DNA of 49,053 bases from Candidatus Nanoarchaeia archaeon (GTDB lineage: Archaea > Nanobdellota > Nanobdellia > Pacearchaeales > GW2011-AR1), in assembly GCA_041501125.1 (NCBI GenBank), contig JBGQNO010000004.1:1-49053 (forward strand). Direction: 5' to 3'. The position numbers and the translations under genes are program-made. Shown here piece by piece: positions 1 to 8,344 of the stretch. The notes beneath the pieces are model-generated. The model searched no databases and was not told the DNA's origin. It worked only from the letters and a program-made list of their open reading frames with translations. Numbering within the stretch: position 1 is the first letter of the stretch; every line of letters starts with the position of its first letter.

Positions 1-294
1 TCAGAAATAACTGAGAAGTCAAGGATATTCAAGGAAATATTCTCAAAGCTCAAGAGCAAGAAAATTAATGCAAGAATAATTTTGCAGGGCGATGAAAAAG
101 ATATAAAGCTGGTTGAGCAGAAGTTCAGCATAAACGCCGAACAGGCAACAATTCCAGCATCATTCCTGATGGCAGACGACAAGGTAATGTTCCTTTTGTC
201 TGAAAAAATAGATGAAGAGTCAAAGGGCATATGGATAAATTCTGACTTTTTCTCAAATTCTTTGGCAAAGTTAATAAGTAAATCACTTAACTAA
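1..294 (+). CDS. TrmB-family regulator, C-terminal part (gene enters from the left edge)
   Basis: Frame is open from base 1 (SEITEKSRIFKEIF...). The C-terminus (KVMFLL...GIWINSDFFSNSL) parallels that of the TrmB-like protein at 34982-35788 (KEVMFML...GVWLNTEFLANAL). Confidence 0.6.
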   Translation, partial: SEITEKSRIFKEIFSKLKSKKINARIILQGDEKDIKLVEQKFSINAEQATIPASFLMADDKVMFLLSEKIDEESKGIWINSDFFSNSLAKLISKSLN

Positions 295-1578
295 ATCCAG
301 TTCGATAATACTCATGTCATTCATAAATTTGATACACATCTTTTGGAACGCATGGAAGAATGCATTGAAGTCCAAAGTTTGGGACATTCTTGCATAAATC
401 CTGCCCTGTTTGGCATAAATTTTTTTATATTTTTCTTTAAATTTTTTGACAGCCACTTTTAGCGTAACCGGAGGTCCTTTTATCAGAACTTCTTTCTTTT
501 CCTTTAATACAAGGTAAAAGTATGCAAAATCTTTCTCACTGTATTCAAACTCTTTTGCATATATATCCATAGTCTTTTCAGTTTCTCTTAAAAACAAGTT
601 GTAGAACTTAAGCAGCTTGCTTCCTGCAATATCGCCTTTCTGTTTGCTGGTTCTTGCAAGTATCTTGACAAACTTTGCTTTCTTGCGTTCAGCAAGTCTT
701 TTCATTCCTTCTTCGTTTATCTCCTTGACTTTGAAGAATTTCTCATTGGAATTTTTCAAAAAATCCTTGCAATACTGTTTGAATTTGTCGAATGTTGCCT
801 GAGAAAGTGCAGCCAGGGCATTCCTCTCCTTGAATGTCGGATCTACTAAGACAATTGGAGATTCCAGCTTAGCCTCATTAAGATTAAGCATGATTTCTTT
901 CTTGTTTTTCCAGTGCTTGGAAGGATCAAGCACAATCTTCTCGCCAGGTTTTGACTTTGCAATCTCTTCAATGAATCTCATGAAGCTTTTGTAATAACAT
1001 ACAAGCAACTCAATTCCATAGCCTGAAAATCCTCTTATGTAAGACTCGGCGCCATAGCACCCAGATGCATAGACAAATGTTTTGCACAATCTTATCTCAT
1101 CAAGCACTTTTTTGTTCTTCTTTACGCAATTGGCAATATATTTGACATGAAACAACGACAAGTCAGTTATGTTTCTCGCTTCTTTTGGCGATTTGATTTT
1201 GATTACTGGAATTACTTCAAATGTAAGGTTTTCCTTGTCAAAATTCAGATAGTTTCTCGAGCCTTTGACAACTCTTGATTCATATGCCTTGATGTCTTTC
1301 AGCTTTTCCATAAGAGAATTCAAGTATTCTTCTTTGATTTTCCTGTCAAAACTAAGGAAGATGTCAACATCATAATGTTTCTTCCTGATAACAGTCTGCT
1401 TGGCAAAGCTTCCTCCGATGAAAATATCTGCTTTAATTTTATTCTCTTTAAGTTTCTGCTTAAGTTTTTCTAAGAATTCTTTTACTTTTGCATTCAATTT
1501 CTCAGATTCCTGCTTGCTTGGCTTTATTACCTCCAGCTGCTTGGCAAGAATTTCTTTCACTCTTTTGCTTTTTTCCAT
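283..1578 (-). CDS. cca: Archaeal (class I) CCA-adding enzyme
   Basis: GSFAK..DVDIF nucleotidyltransferase motif, YGAESYIRGFSGY and DPTFKERNALAA motifs; 431 aa. Confidence 0.9.
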   Translation of the reverse strand: MEKSKRVKEILAKQLEVIKPSKQESEKLNAKVKEFLEKLKQKLKENKIKADIFIGGSFAKQTVIRKKHYDVDIFLSFDRKIKEEYLNSLMEKLKDIKAYESRVVKGSRNYLNFDKENLTFEVIPVIKIKSPKEARNITDLSLFHVKYIANCVKKNKKVLDEIRLCKTFVYASGCYGAESYIRGFSGYGIELLVCYYKSFMRFIEEIAKSKPGEKIVLDPSKHWKNKKEIMLNLNEAKLESPIVLVDPTFKERNALAALSQATFDKFKQYCKDFLKNSNEKFFKVKEINEEGMKRLAERKKAKFVKILARTSKQKGDIAGSKLLKFYNLFLRETEKTMDIYAKEFEYSEKDFAYFYLVLKEKKEVLIKGPPVTLKVAVKKFKEKYKKIYAKQGRIYARMSQTLDFNAFFHAFQKMCIKFMNDMSIIELDLVK

Positions 1579-1940
1579 TTTTCAAAACTTGTTGCTAAAT
1601 CTATAATATATTTGCCTTCTTCAAGCTTGTATATCAGAGGCCTGTCCTTGTTGAAAAGATTGACGATGTCTATCTCAAACTTTCCAGGTTTTATAACCTT
1701 GACAGTCTCTAAATCAAGTATAACCGGCTGTTCCTCACTAACTCCAATAATCTCCCTTATCTCTTTCTCAACTTTTTCTTTTTCTGCCTGCGGCAGTTCA
1801 ATAAGCTTGTTGCTTTCAGCATTGTTAAGCTGGGCTTCGCTCATGTAAAAGAAAAACCTGTTTCCGCACTTGCAGCCATTTATTATTTCCTTGTCAGCAT
1901 CAGAATAAATCTGTCCGCAGTGCACGCATCGATGTGGCAT
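1557..1940 (-). CDS. oapC: OapC/ArvC (DUF2072) zinc-ribbon protein
   Basis: MPHRCVHCG...GCKCGNRFFFY knuckles and G.YEIDI-like C-terminus; third gene of the GTPase triad. Confidence 0.85.
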   Translation of the reverse strand: MPHRCVHCGQIYSDADKEIINGCKCGNRFFFYMSEAQLNNAESNKLIELPQAEKEKVEKEIREIIGVSEEQPVILDLETVKVIKPGKFEIDIVNLFNKDRPLIYKLEEGKYIIDLATSFEKWKKAKE

Positions 1941-1977
1941 CTTTGAAGAAAGAAAAGAAATATTATAAACTTTGTTG

Positions 1978-2364
1978 TTATCGTTTCAGCATCAGGTCAA
2001 TCTTGCTTGGGTCTTTCTTTATCTCTTTGACGATTGTTGCAGGCCCAATTATAGTGAGGGCATCTCTCTGTCCAATTAATGCTCGTGCAATTCCAAGCCT
2101 CATGCTCTCAAAAAATCCTGCATCACTGTCTGGATTTATTGTCGCAAGCTCAACACCCTTGAAGCCCTTAATCCTGCCGATTAAAGCCATTGTGCTTTGT
2201 ATCAGGCTTGCTTCCTCAACTGAACTCAGCGTGCCCTGAAGGATTATTATCTTGTTGTCAATAATAACGTCAAGAAGTTTCTTGACTCTTTCATTGCTTC
2301 CCAATTTAGCAATATCTTTGTAGCTCATGAATCTTAATGTAAGTTTGTTTTTGCTTTTTGCCAT
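1978..2364 (-). CDS. oapB: OapB/ArvB (DUF2073) protein
   Basis: IIILQGTLSSVEEASLIQSTM and LTIIGPATIVKEIKKDP motifs; lies between the GTPase and the Zn-ribbon gene. Confidence 0.85.
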   Translation of the reverse strand: MAKSKNKLTLRFMSYKDIAKLGSNERVKKLLDVIIDNKIIILQGTLSSVEEASLIQSTMALIGRIKGFKGVELATINPDSDAGFFESMRLGIARALIGQRDALTIIGPATIVKEIKKDPSKIDLMLKR

Positions 2365-3003
2365 TTATACCTTCCTTGACAGCTTGAAAAGAGATTCATA
2401 AAACTCTTCCATGTTCTGTCCTGTCTTTGCTGAAATTCCGATTATGTCGTACTCTGGAAATGCACCTTCCATTTTCTTAAGGTCTGCTTTTCGTAAGTCT
2501 ATCTTGTTTCCAACAAGCAGCACTGGAATATCTCTTGCAACAAGATTTCCTATGATTGTTAAATTGACCTGGCTGTATGGATTCTGCGACGCGTCCAATA
2601 CAATAACTACTGCCTGCACATCCTCAAGCCACTTGATTGATTCAATAACTCCTTGTGTTGCTTCTTTCGCTCTTTTTTGGCTTTCTTTCTTGCCCATGCC
2701 AAATTTCATGAAATCTTCATAGTCTATCTTTGTCGCAATTCCAGGAGTGTCAATCAGCTTAAACATCAGGCTCTTGCCTTTGTTCTTAATCTCAACTTTT
2801 TCCTTGAACTGGACACTTCGTGTTTCATGCGGAATCTTGCTGACCTTTCCGATTTCCTGCCCAGTCCAGTCTTTGCATATCCTGTTCGCTAAGCTGGTTT
2901 TGCCTGCATTCGGAGGCCCATAGAATCCAATTCTTATCTCCCCTTTCTTTCCGAATATGCTTTCAAATATTCTCCTGAAAAAATTCCGCAGTATTTTCAT
3001 CAT
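2365..3003 (-). CDS. oapA: Era-like small GTPase (OapA/ArvA)
   Basis: G1 GPPNAGKT, G3 DTPG, G4 NKID, G5 SAK; context with DUF2073 and DUF2072. Confidence 0.85.
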   Translation of the reverse strand: MMKILRNFFRRIFESIFGKKGEIRIGFYGPPNAGKTSLANRICKDWTGQEIGKVSKIPHETRSVQFKEKVEIKNKGKSLMFKLIDTPGIATKIDYEDFMKFGMGKKESQKRAKEATQGVIESIKWLEDVQAVVIVLDASQNPYSQVNLTIIGNLVARDIPVLLVGNKIDLRKADLKKMEGAFPEYDIIGISAKTGQNMEEFYESLFKLSRKV

Positions 3004-3053
3004 TGTTCTTTATTTTCTTTTGCTTAAAAAGTTTTGTTTTGTTTTTTATATAC

Positions 3054-5645
3054 TTAGTATTGCCTTTGCCCTATTAATTTTGCCCAGATGCTGCCTTCCA
3101 CCTGCATGAAACCATAGCTTATCTGCTCAGATGTCCATCCCTGCTCCTTCAATTGCTTGGCTATATCATTTTTTTGAACATTCTGTATCTTTGACGCACG
3201 TATGAAGTTCATCAAGTTAAACAAGTCTTCCCTCTTTCCTTTAAACAACACTGTTTCATAATTCCTTTTATACCACCATAGCAGCCCGTAAGCAGCTCCA
3301 GCACCAAGCAAAAGTATCAGGATGATAATGAAAACTGCAGTTCCATAATGCTTGCAGTCTTCAGGGCAATTCGTAGTAGTCTCTCCAGGCTCGCATACGC
3401 CATTGATATTGCACTCAACTACAATTGCACCAGCAAGTTGGCTAAATTCCGGCGACATGTAAATCTTCAAGTCATTAAAACTTGCAGCATTGTACTGCAG
3501 AAAATCAATTGTCTGTGCTGAAAGCGTATCAGAAACAATTCCAGAACTTCCATTCATATTCGTCACTGGTTCGCTGAAGCTCGCATCTCCTTCTACTACC
3601 AGGAATGTCTTGATATTCTGTTCTGATTTTGGTGTGATTGTTAATGTTGCAAGAATATCATTCTCAGCGCCTTCATCAAATAATATACTTAGTGTTCTGA
3701 ACTTGACTTTCATGTCAACATTTGCAGTCATCCAATTCGATATAAGCTTTGGATCCGCACTTGCTCCAGCTTCAAGAGCAGAAAGTTTTGCGACATCAAT
3801 CAAATTATAATCTATGTAATAAGGCAGTTCTGATTGATTTGAAATATCGATTGAAACAGGGACTCTTGTGCCAGTCAGTGAATTCAATATTGTAATATAT
3901 TGTGGGTCAGAAGTTGCAGAAGCAAAGCTTGCCCTTGCACTCGTCAGCTTTGCAGCAAGAGTGTCAATTCCAAGGTGTGTTTTAATGGCTGTCTGTTGCC
4001 ATGCAGGCAAGCTTGCAATCTGGTTGTTAATTTTAGTAGAACGTTCTGAATATCTTTGTATAGTCATGTTTGCAGAATCCTTTGCATTTGCGATGCTGAC
4101 ATCGAATTCAGCACTCGATGTTTTGTTTGCAGTGTTTGTGACACTGACCGTGACAGTGTAAGTTCCAGAGTTATTGTAAGTATGAGTTGCTTTGTTTGTC
4201 AAAGTCTGGATTATAGTTCCATCACCAAAATCCCACAAATAACCAAGGGCAGTAAAACTATCTTGCAGCAAAATCTGGAAGTCTGTCGGAGCTTTTAACA
4301 CTGCAACCATCGGATAGAGTCCAATTATCGGTTTGAAAACAGTAACATTAACTTTTGTGCTGTTTAGCAAAGTGTCGCCAGCATAGAGTTTCAAGTCATA
4401 CAATCCAGAAAGTCCGGGTGTTTTAATGCCAAGCGAACTAGCATCAAGCATAACATAGCCAGAACTCAATTTCAATGGATTCAGGATTGCATCATAAATA
4501 TAATTATCTTCGCGAGTTACAGTTGTTTCATATTTTAATGAAACATCATGAACATCAACACTAGTGCTTGTATTTGCGCTAAATCTGACTGGAATTTTGC
4601 ACCCTTTTGTGCAGTTATTATTGTAAACCTGTGTTAAATAATCTGACATTTTAGTATCAATTTCACTAATATCTGCTTCACTTATTGTTCCTACACTGTC
4701 ATAAGTCGGAGTCTTTGCAAAAATATAGAAATCAACACTGGGCTCATTGCTGGGACTTGGATATGTTGATATTCCGCACGGACTGTCGCTCTCAATTCTT
4801 GTTTTATATCCAGTTATATCTTCAGTCGAGCTTAAGCAGACATACATATCACCTGCCTGAACAGGAGAGTCAAGTTCAATTGTGCAGTTAACCAATCCAC
4901 CAGAATCACTTGGCCCTGGCAGGCTGCATGCATCACCAATCTGTGTGCCATCAGCAGTATACAATGACATTGCAAGCATTCCATCACTCCATTCAGTACT
5001 TCCTTTCTTTACCCATGCACCAAGCATGAACTTGCTCGAAGCAGGCAAACTCATCAATTCGCAGTAAGGCTCTTGTCTTATTACAGCATAATCAACAGGT
5101 TCAGAAGAATCAAAGCATCCTGTATTTGAAGAGCATACAAAATTGTCAGTCATTGCAGTTGCCTGCCAGTCTATTACTCCATCATCAAGCAAGTCAATAG
5201 ACACTGGATTCTGGCATGTTCCTTGATTATCAATATCAGCTGTAAATGCAAGACTTGTATAAACTGCGTTTGCCCCTGTTAATTTGAATGCAAGAATCTT
5301 TCCGCCGTCATTCAATGTGAAACTCTTTTCTGTGTCCTGTCCCGAAAGTGTATAATCATTAAAGCAGTTTGTAGGAGTGCAAGTGTAACTTGCCTGATTG
5401 TCATCAAAAATCTGTTTTATTGTCTTGTCAGAAATCACTTCTTTTATATAGCCTGATTTTGTAAAAACTGCTCTGAACTTTCCAGCAGCAAGGTCGCTGT
5501 TTAAGCTTAAATTAACCTGCCCAATCAGAAGCTCGCCACCAGCATAATTCTTATTGATAAAAGAGCCTCTTCCGGCATTTAATCCAAAACATATTGAAAC
5601 TGCCAAAACCAGCAACAATCCAATCAAAACCCCTTTTCTAAACAT
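3054..5645 (-). CDS. Secreted, membrane-anchored PKD-domain surface protein
   Basis: N-terminal signal peptide, PKD motif WDFGDGT...HTYNNSGTYTVTVSV, Cys-rich CNINGVCEPGE..CPEDC, C-terminal TM helix and cytoplasmic tail. Confidence 0.7.
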   Translation of the reverse strand: MFRKGVLIGLLLVLAVSICFGLNAGRGSFINKNYAGGELLIGQVNLSLNSDLAAGKFRAVFTKSGYIKEVISDKTIKQIFDDNQASYTCTPTNCFNDYTLSGQDTEKSFTLNDGGKILAFKLTGANAVYTSLAFTADIDNQGTCQNPVSIDLLDDGVIDWQATAMTDNFVCSSNTGCFDSSEPVDYAVIRQEPYCELMSLPASSKFMLGAWVKKGSTEWSDGMLAMSLYTADGTQIGDACSLPGPSDSGGLVNCTIELDSPVQAGDMYVCLSSTEDITGYKTRIESDSPCGISTYPSPSNEPSVDFYIFAKTPTYDSVGTISEADISEIDTKMSDYLTQVYNNNCTKGCKIPVRFSANTSTSVDVHDVSLKYETTVTREDNYIYDAILNPLKLSSGYVMLDASSLGIKTPGLSGLYDLKLYAGDTLLNSTKVNVTVFKPIIGLYPMVAVLKAPTDFQILLQDSFTALGYLWDFGDGTIIQTLTNKATHTYNNSGTYTVTVSVTNTANKTSSAEFDVSIANAKDSANMTIQRYSERSTKINNQIASLPAWQQTAIKTHLGIDTLAAKLTSARASFASATSDPQYITILNSLTGTRVPVSIDISNQSELPYYIDYNLIDVAKLSALEAGASADPKLISNWMTANVDMKVKFRTLSILFDEGAENDILATLTITPKSEQNIKTFLVVEGDASFSEPVTNMNGSSGIVSDTLSAQTIDFLQYNAASFNDLKIYMSPEFSQLAGAIVVECNINGVCEPGETTTNCPEDCKHYGTAVFIIILILLLGAGAAYGLLWWYKRNYETVLFKGKREDLFNLMNFIRASKIQNVQKNDIAKQLKEQGWTSEQISYGFMQVEGSIWAKLIGQRQY

Positions 5646-5723
5646 GCTTTTCCAAGGGATTTTTTGTTTATAAAACTTTTCAGAAACGACTCGGACAAAA
5701 CATTTATAAGCGCTGTTAATGTC

Positions 5724-5747
5724 ATGTTAATATTATATTAATAACAT
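5724..5747 (+). promoter_or_regulatory. Candidate TA operator (ATGTTA-N12-TAACAT) overlapping the antitoxin start; TATA-like TTTATAAG at about 5703
   Basis: Inverted repeat seen directly; its position is typical of TA autorepression (inference). Confidence 0.45.
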
Positions 5748-5979
5748 GGTAAAAGCAATAGTTGATATAAGCAATGAAGCAAACAGGATACTAAACATAA
5801 TGAAAGCCAAGGAGAATCTTAATGACAAGAGCGATGCTATTAACCTGATTGTAACTTTATATGGAAAAGAAATGATTGAGCCAGAGCTAAGGCCTGAGTT
5901 TATAACTGAGCTTTTAGAAGCGCAGAAAGAGAAGACCGTAAAGATTAAGAATTTCTCATTGCATTATTCTAGGAATTAA
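5746..5979 (+). CDS. Antitoxin (DUF2683-like)
   Basis: 77 aa, MVKAIVDISNEANRILNIMKAK...KSDAI...EPELRPEF; immediately upstream of the RelE-like gene. Confidence 0.7.
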   Translation: MVKAIVDISNEANRILNIMKAKENLNDKSDAINLIVTLYGKEMIEPELRPEFITELLEAQKEKTVKIKNFSLHYSRN

Positions 5980-5980
5980 A

Positions 5981-6244
5981 ATGTATAACCTAGAGGTGAG
6001 AGAGTCTGTTGATAAGACTTTCAGAAAATTATTCAAAAAGGACACGGTTTCTTTTGAATATATCACTAAAAAGATTGAGGAAATACAGGAAAATCCTTAC
6101 CACTTCAAGCCATTAAAAAGCCCGCTGAATGGATTCAGAAGAGTTTATATTGGAAGTTTTGTTCTGGTTTATTCAATCAACGAGCAGACAAAGACAGTGG
6201 TAATTGAGCGATACAAACATCATGACGAGGTTTACAAGGCATAG
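5981..6244 (+). CDS. RelE/ParE-family type II toxin
   Basis: 87 aa basic protein with NPYHFKPLKSPLNGFRRVYIGSFVLVYSI...HHDEVYK, a RelE-like pattern. Confidence 0.85.
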   Translation: MYNLEVRESVDKTFRKLFKKDTVSFEYITKKIEEIQENPYHFKPLKSPLNGFRRVYIGSFVLVYSINEQTKTVVIERYKHHDEVYKA

Positions 6245-6337
6245 ATATTCTCCCACGCCCCACAGAACTACCTTATTTGTCACTCCTTACCAATGACTAA
6301 TAGTAAGCTTTATAAACTTTAAACACCTGTATAAAAT

Positions 6338-8194
6338 ATGATAAATGCATTAAAAAGAGTGTTCAAAACAGCAGGCAAATCTCTAAGCGCCCTAGCCTTA
6401 GCAGGTTCTATGTTAATGCCTTTCACACAAGGCTGCGGCCCAAAATCGCAACCTCATGTAAATCATGCGCCTGTTCTTGATATTCTGGTAGACCAGAATA
6501 CTCCGGTAAACACCTCATTTTCATATGATACAGATGCAACCGACCCTGATTTAGACGTAATAACATACTCAAAAACATCAGGTCCAAGCTGGCTTAATAT
6601 TAACTCAAGCAATGGCATTGTTTCAGGAACACCCTCTGAGACAGATCTTGGCACCAATACTTCTGTAACAATCAAGGCAACAGACGAACACGGACTTTAT
6701 GATGAAAAAAGCTTCAACTTGCTTATTGATTCTCAATACACAAATCAAGCTGGAAAATTGAATTATGTGATTGTTACAAGTAACGCGCTAGCATCAAACT
6801 TCCAACCATTAGCAGACTGGAAAACAAGAAAAGGAGTTTCAACACAAATCCATACAATAGAAGACATTGTTGCAGACAGTACATACAATTCTGCAAGAGA
6901 CGTGCAGGAAAAGATAAGAAGAAAGCTGCAAGACTTAAAAGCAAGCCATCCAGAATTAGAATATGTTTTGTTAGGCGGAGATGTTGAAGTTGTGCCAGTA
7001 AGAGGCGCTTGGGGAAATTGTACTTTGCCATTAACAGATGTTAACATTCCATGCGACCAGTATTTTGGCGATTTAGATGATGGAACAGGAACTTACAACT
7101 GGAATTATAACTGGGATGCTGACAGCGATAATATTTTTGGAGAGTTTGAAGATGATTCTGCATGTGATATGTATTATGAAGTCGCAGTTGGCAGAGCACC
7201 TGTAAATACAACTGCAGAAGTTGACAATTTTGTAAACAAAGTCATGAAATATGAAAAAATGACTGGCTTGACACCTGCAGAAAAACAGAATTATGCAAAA
7301 AGTGTTTTATTCTGCGCTTCTAGGATTGATGCTTCAACAGATGGTGCTGTAGCTAAAGATTGGATAAATCCAAATGTATTTAATTTTACAGGAAATGGCT
7401 ATAATCTTAAAAGGTTGTATGAAACACAATTCAATGCAGGCGAGTTAGAAAATGGTGCAAGCGTCATGTCCGCTTTGAATGCAGGTTATAGCATTGTAAA
7501 CATTGACGGACACGGATATAAGCAAGGAATAAATGTTGGTCCAGATACAATTGGTGTCGGAGGTCCATATGACATACAAACTCTGGCAAACACAAATAGG
7601 CTGTCAGTTCTTTATAGTTTAGGTTGCGAATCAGGAGCTTTTGATAATGAAGAAGCAGGAGATTGTGTTTTGGAGTATTTTATGAACAACACAAACGGAG
7701 GTTCAGTTGCTTGTATTGGCGGAAGCAGGATTGGACTCTATGCTGTTGGTGCTCCAGGCGCAGGAATTTCTTGGAAATATGATAAAGAATTCATTAACTC
7801 AGTTTATAATAAGAATATAGTGAATATCGGAAAAGCATTAGCAGACTCAAAAGAATGCTATATCCCAAACTCTAGAGCACCACCCAGTTTAAACTCTCGT
7901 GATTATAGATGGGTTCAGTTTGTTACAAATCTTCTCGGCGACCCCGAGATGCCGATTTGGACAAATTATAATGGAATACTTGTTCCAAGCCAGGCAGCAA
8001 GAGCAGACTGCACAGAAATTGATATAACTGATGGAACAGCTCCAGTTTCAGGCGCTGATGTTTATGTTGTCCAGGGTTCAAATATATATTCTGCAAGAAC
8101 AGGAACATCAGGCAAGATAATTCTGCCAGTAACAGGCGCAATAAACCAAGTTACGACAATAAAGCAGGATTACGAGCCTGGATTGATTAACTAG
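6338..8194 (+). CDS. C25 (gingipain-like) cysteine peptidase with an N-terminal Ig-like (He_PIG/cadherin-like) domain; probable lipoprotein
   Basis: YVLLGGD, D.YFGDLD, VAVGRAP, catalytic His (DGHG) and Cys (LGCESG), NLLGDP; signal peptide ending TQGC. Confidence 0.85.
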   Translation: MINALKRVFKTAGKSLSALALAGSMLMPFTQGCGPKSQPHVNHAPVLDILVDQNTPVNTSFSYDTDATDPDLDVITYSKTSGPSWLNINSSNGIVSGTPSETDLGTNTSVTIKATDEHGLYDEKSFNLLIDSQYTNQAGKLNYVIVTSNALASNFQPLADWKTRKGVSTQIHTIEDIVADSTYNSARDVQEKIRRKLQDLKASHPELEYVLLGGDVEVVPVRGAWGNCTLPLTDVNIPCDQYFGDLDDGTGTYNWNYNWDADSDNIFGEFEDDSACDMYYEVAVGRAPVNTTAEVDNFVNKVMKYEKMTGLTPAEKQNYAKSVLFCASRIDASTDGAVAKDWINPNVFNFTGNGYNLKRLYETQFNAGELENGASVMSALNAGYSIVNIDGHGYKQGINVGPDTIGVGGPYDIQTLANTNRLSVLYSLGCESGAFDNEEAGDCVLEYFMNNTNGGSVACIGGSRIGLYAVGAPGAGISWKYDKEFINSVYNKNIVNIGKALADSKECYIPNSRAPPSLNSRDYRWVQFVTNLLGDPEMPIWTNYNGILVPSQAARADCTEIDITDGTAPVSGADVYVVQGSNIYSARTGTSGKIILPVTGAINQVTTIKQDYEPGLIN

Positions 8195-8199
8195 ATTTC

Positions 8200-8236
8200 T
8201 AGAATTAATGTTAAAACGTTTTTACCCTTCTGGGTG
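8200..8236 (-). repeat. Dispersed element, right-end copy R1 (inverted orientation)
   Basis: Reverse complement is CACCCAGAAGGGTAAAAACGTTTTAACATTAATTCTA, which aligns without gaps to 25568-25604. Confidence 0.75.
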
Positions 8237-8291
8237 GTGGTTGTAATTATGCATTTTCTTGTGCAATAAATATTTAACACTTAAAAGAACA

Positions 8292-8340
8292 GATTGCCCC
8301 TGTAACCTCGCAAGGTGAAGCATTGTTTACATTAATTCTA
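8292..8340 (+). repeat. Dispersed element, right-end copy R2
   Basis: GATTGCCCCTGTAACCTCGCAAGGT matches 34773-34797 at 24/25 positions; ends in CATTAATTCTA like the other copies. Confidence 0.75.
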
Positions 8341-8344
8341 ATTC

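Noticed and set aside
3004-3053. Replication origin next to oapABC
   Set aside because: Only a short T-rich spacer; no ORB-like boxes or cdc6 in the window.
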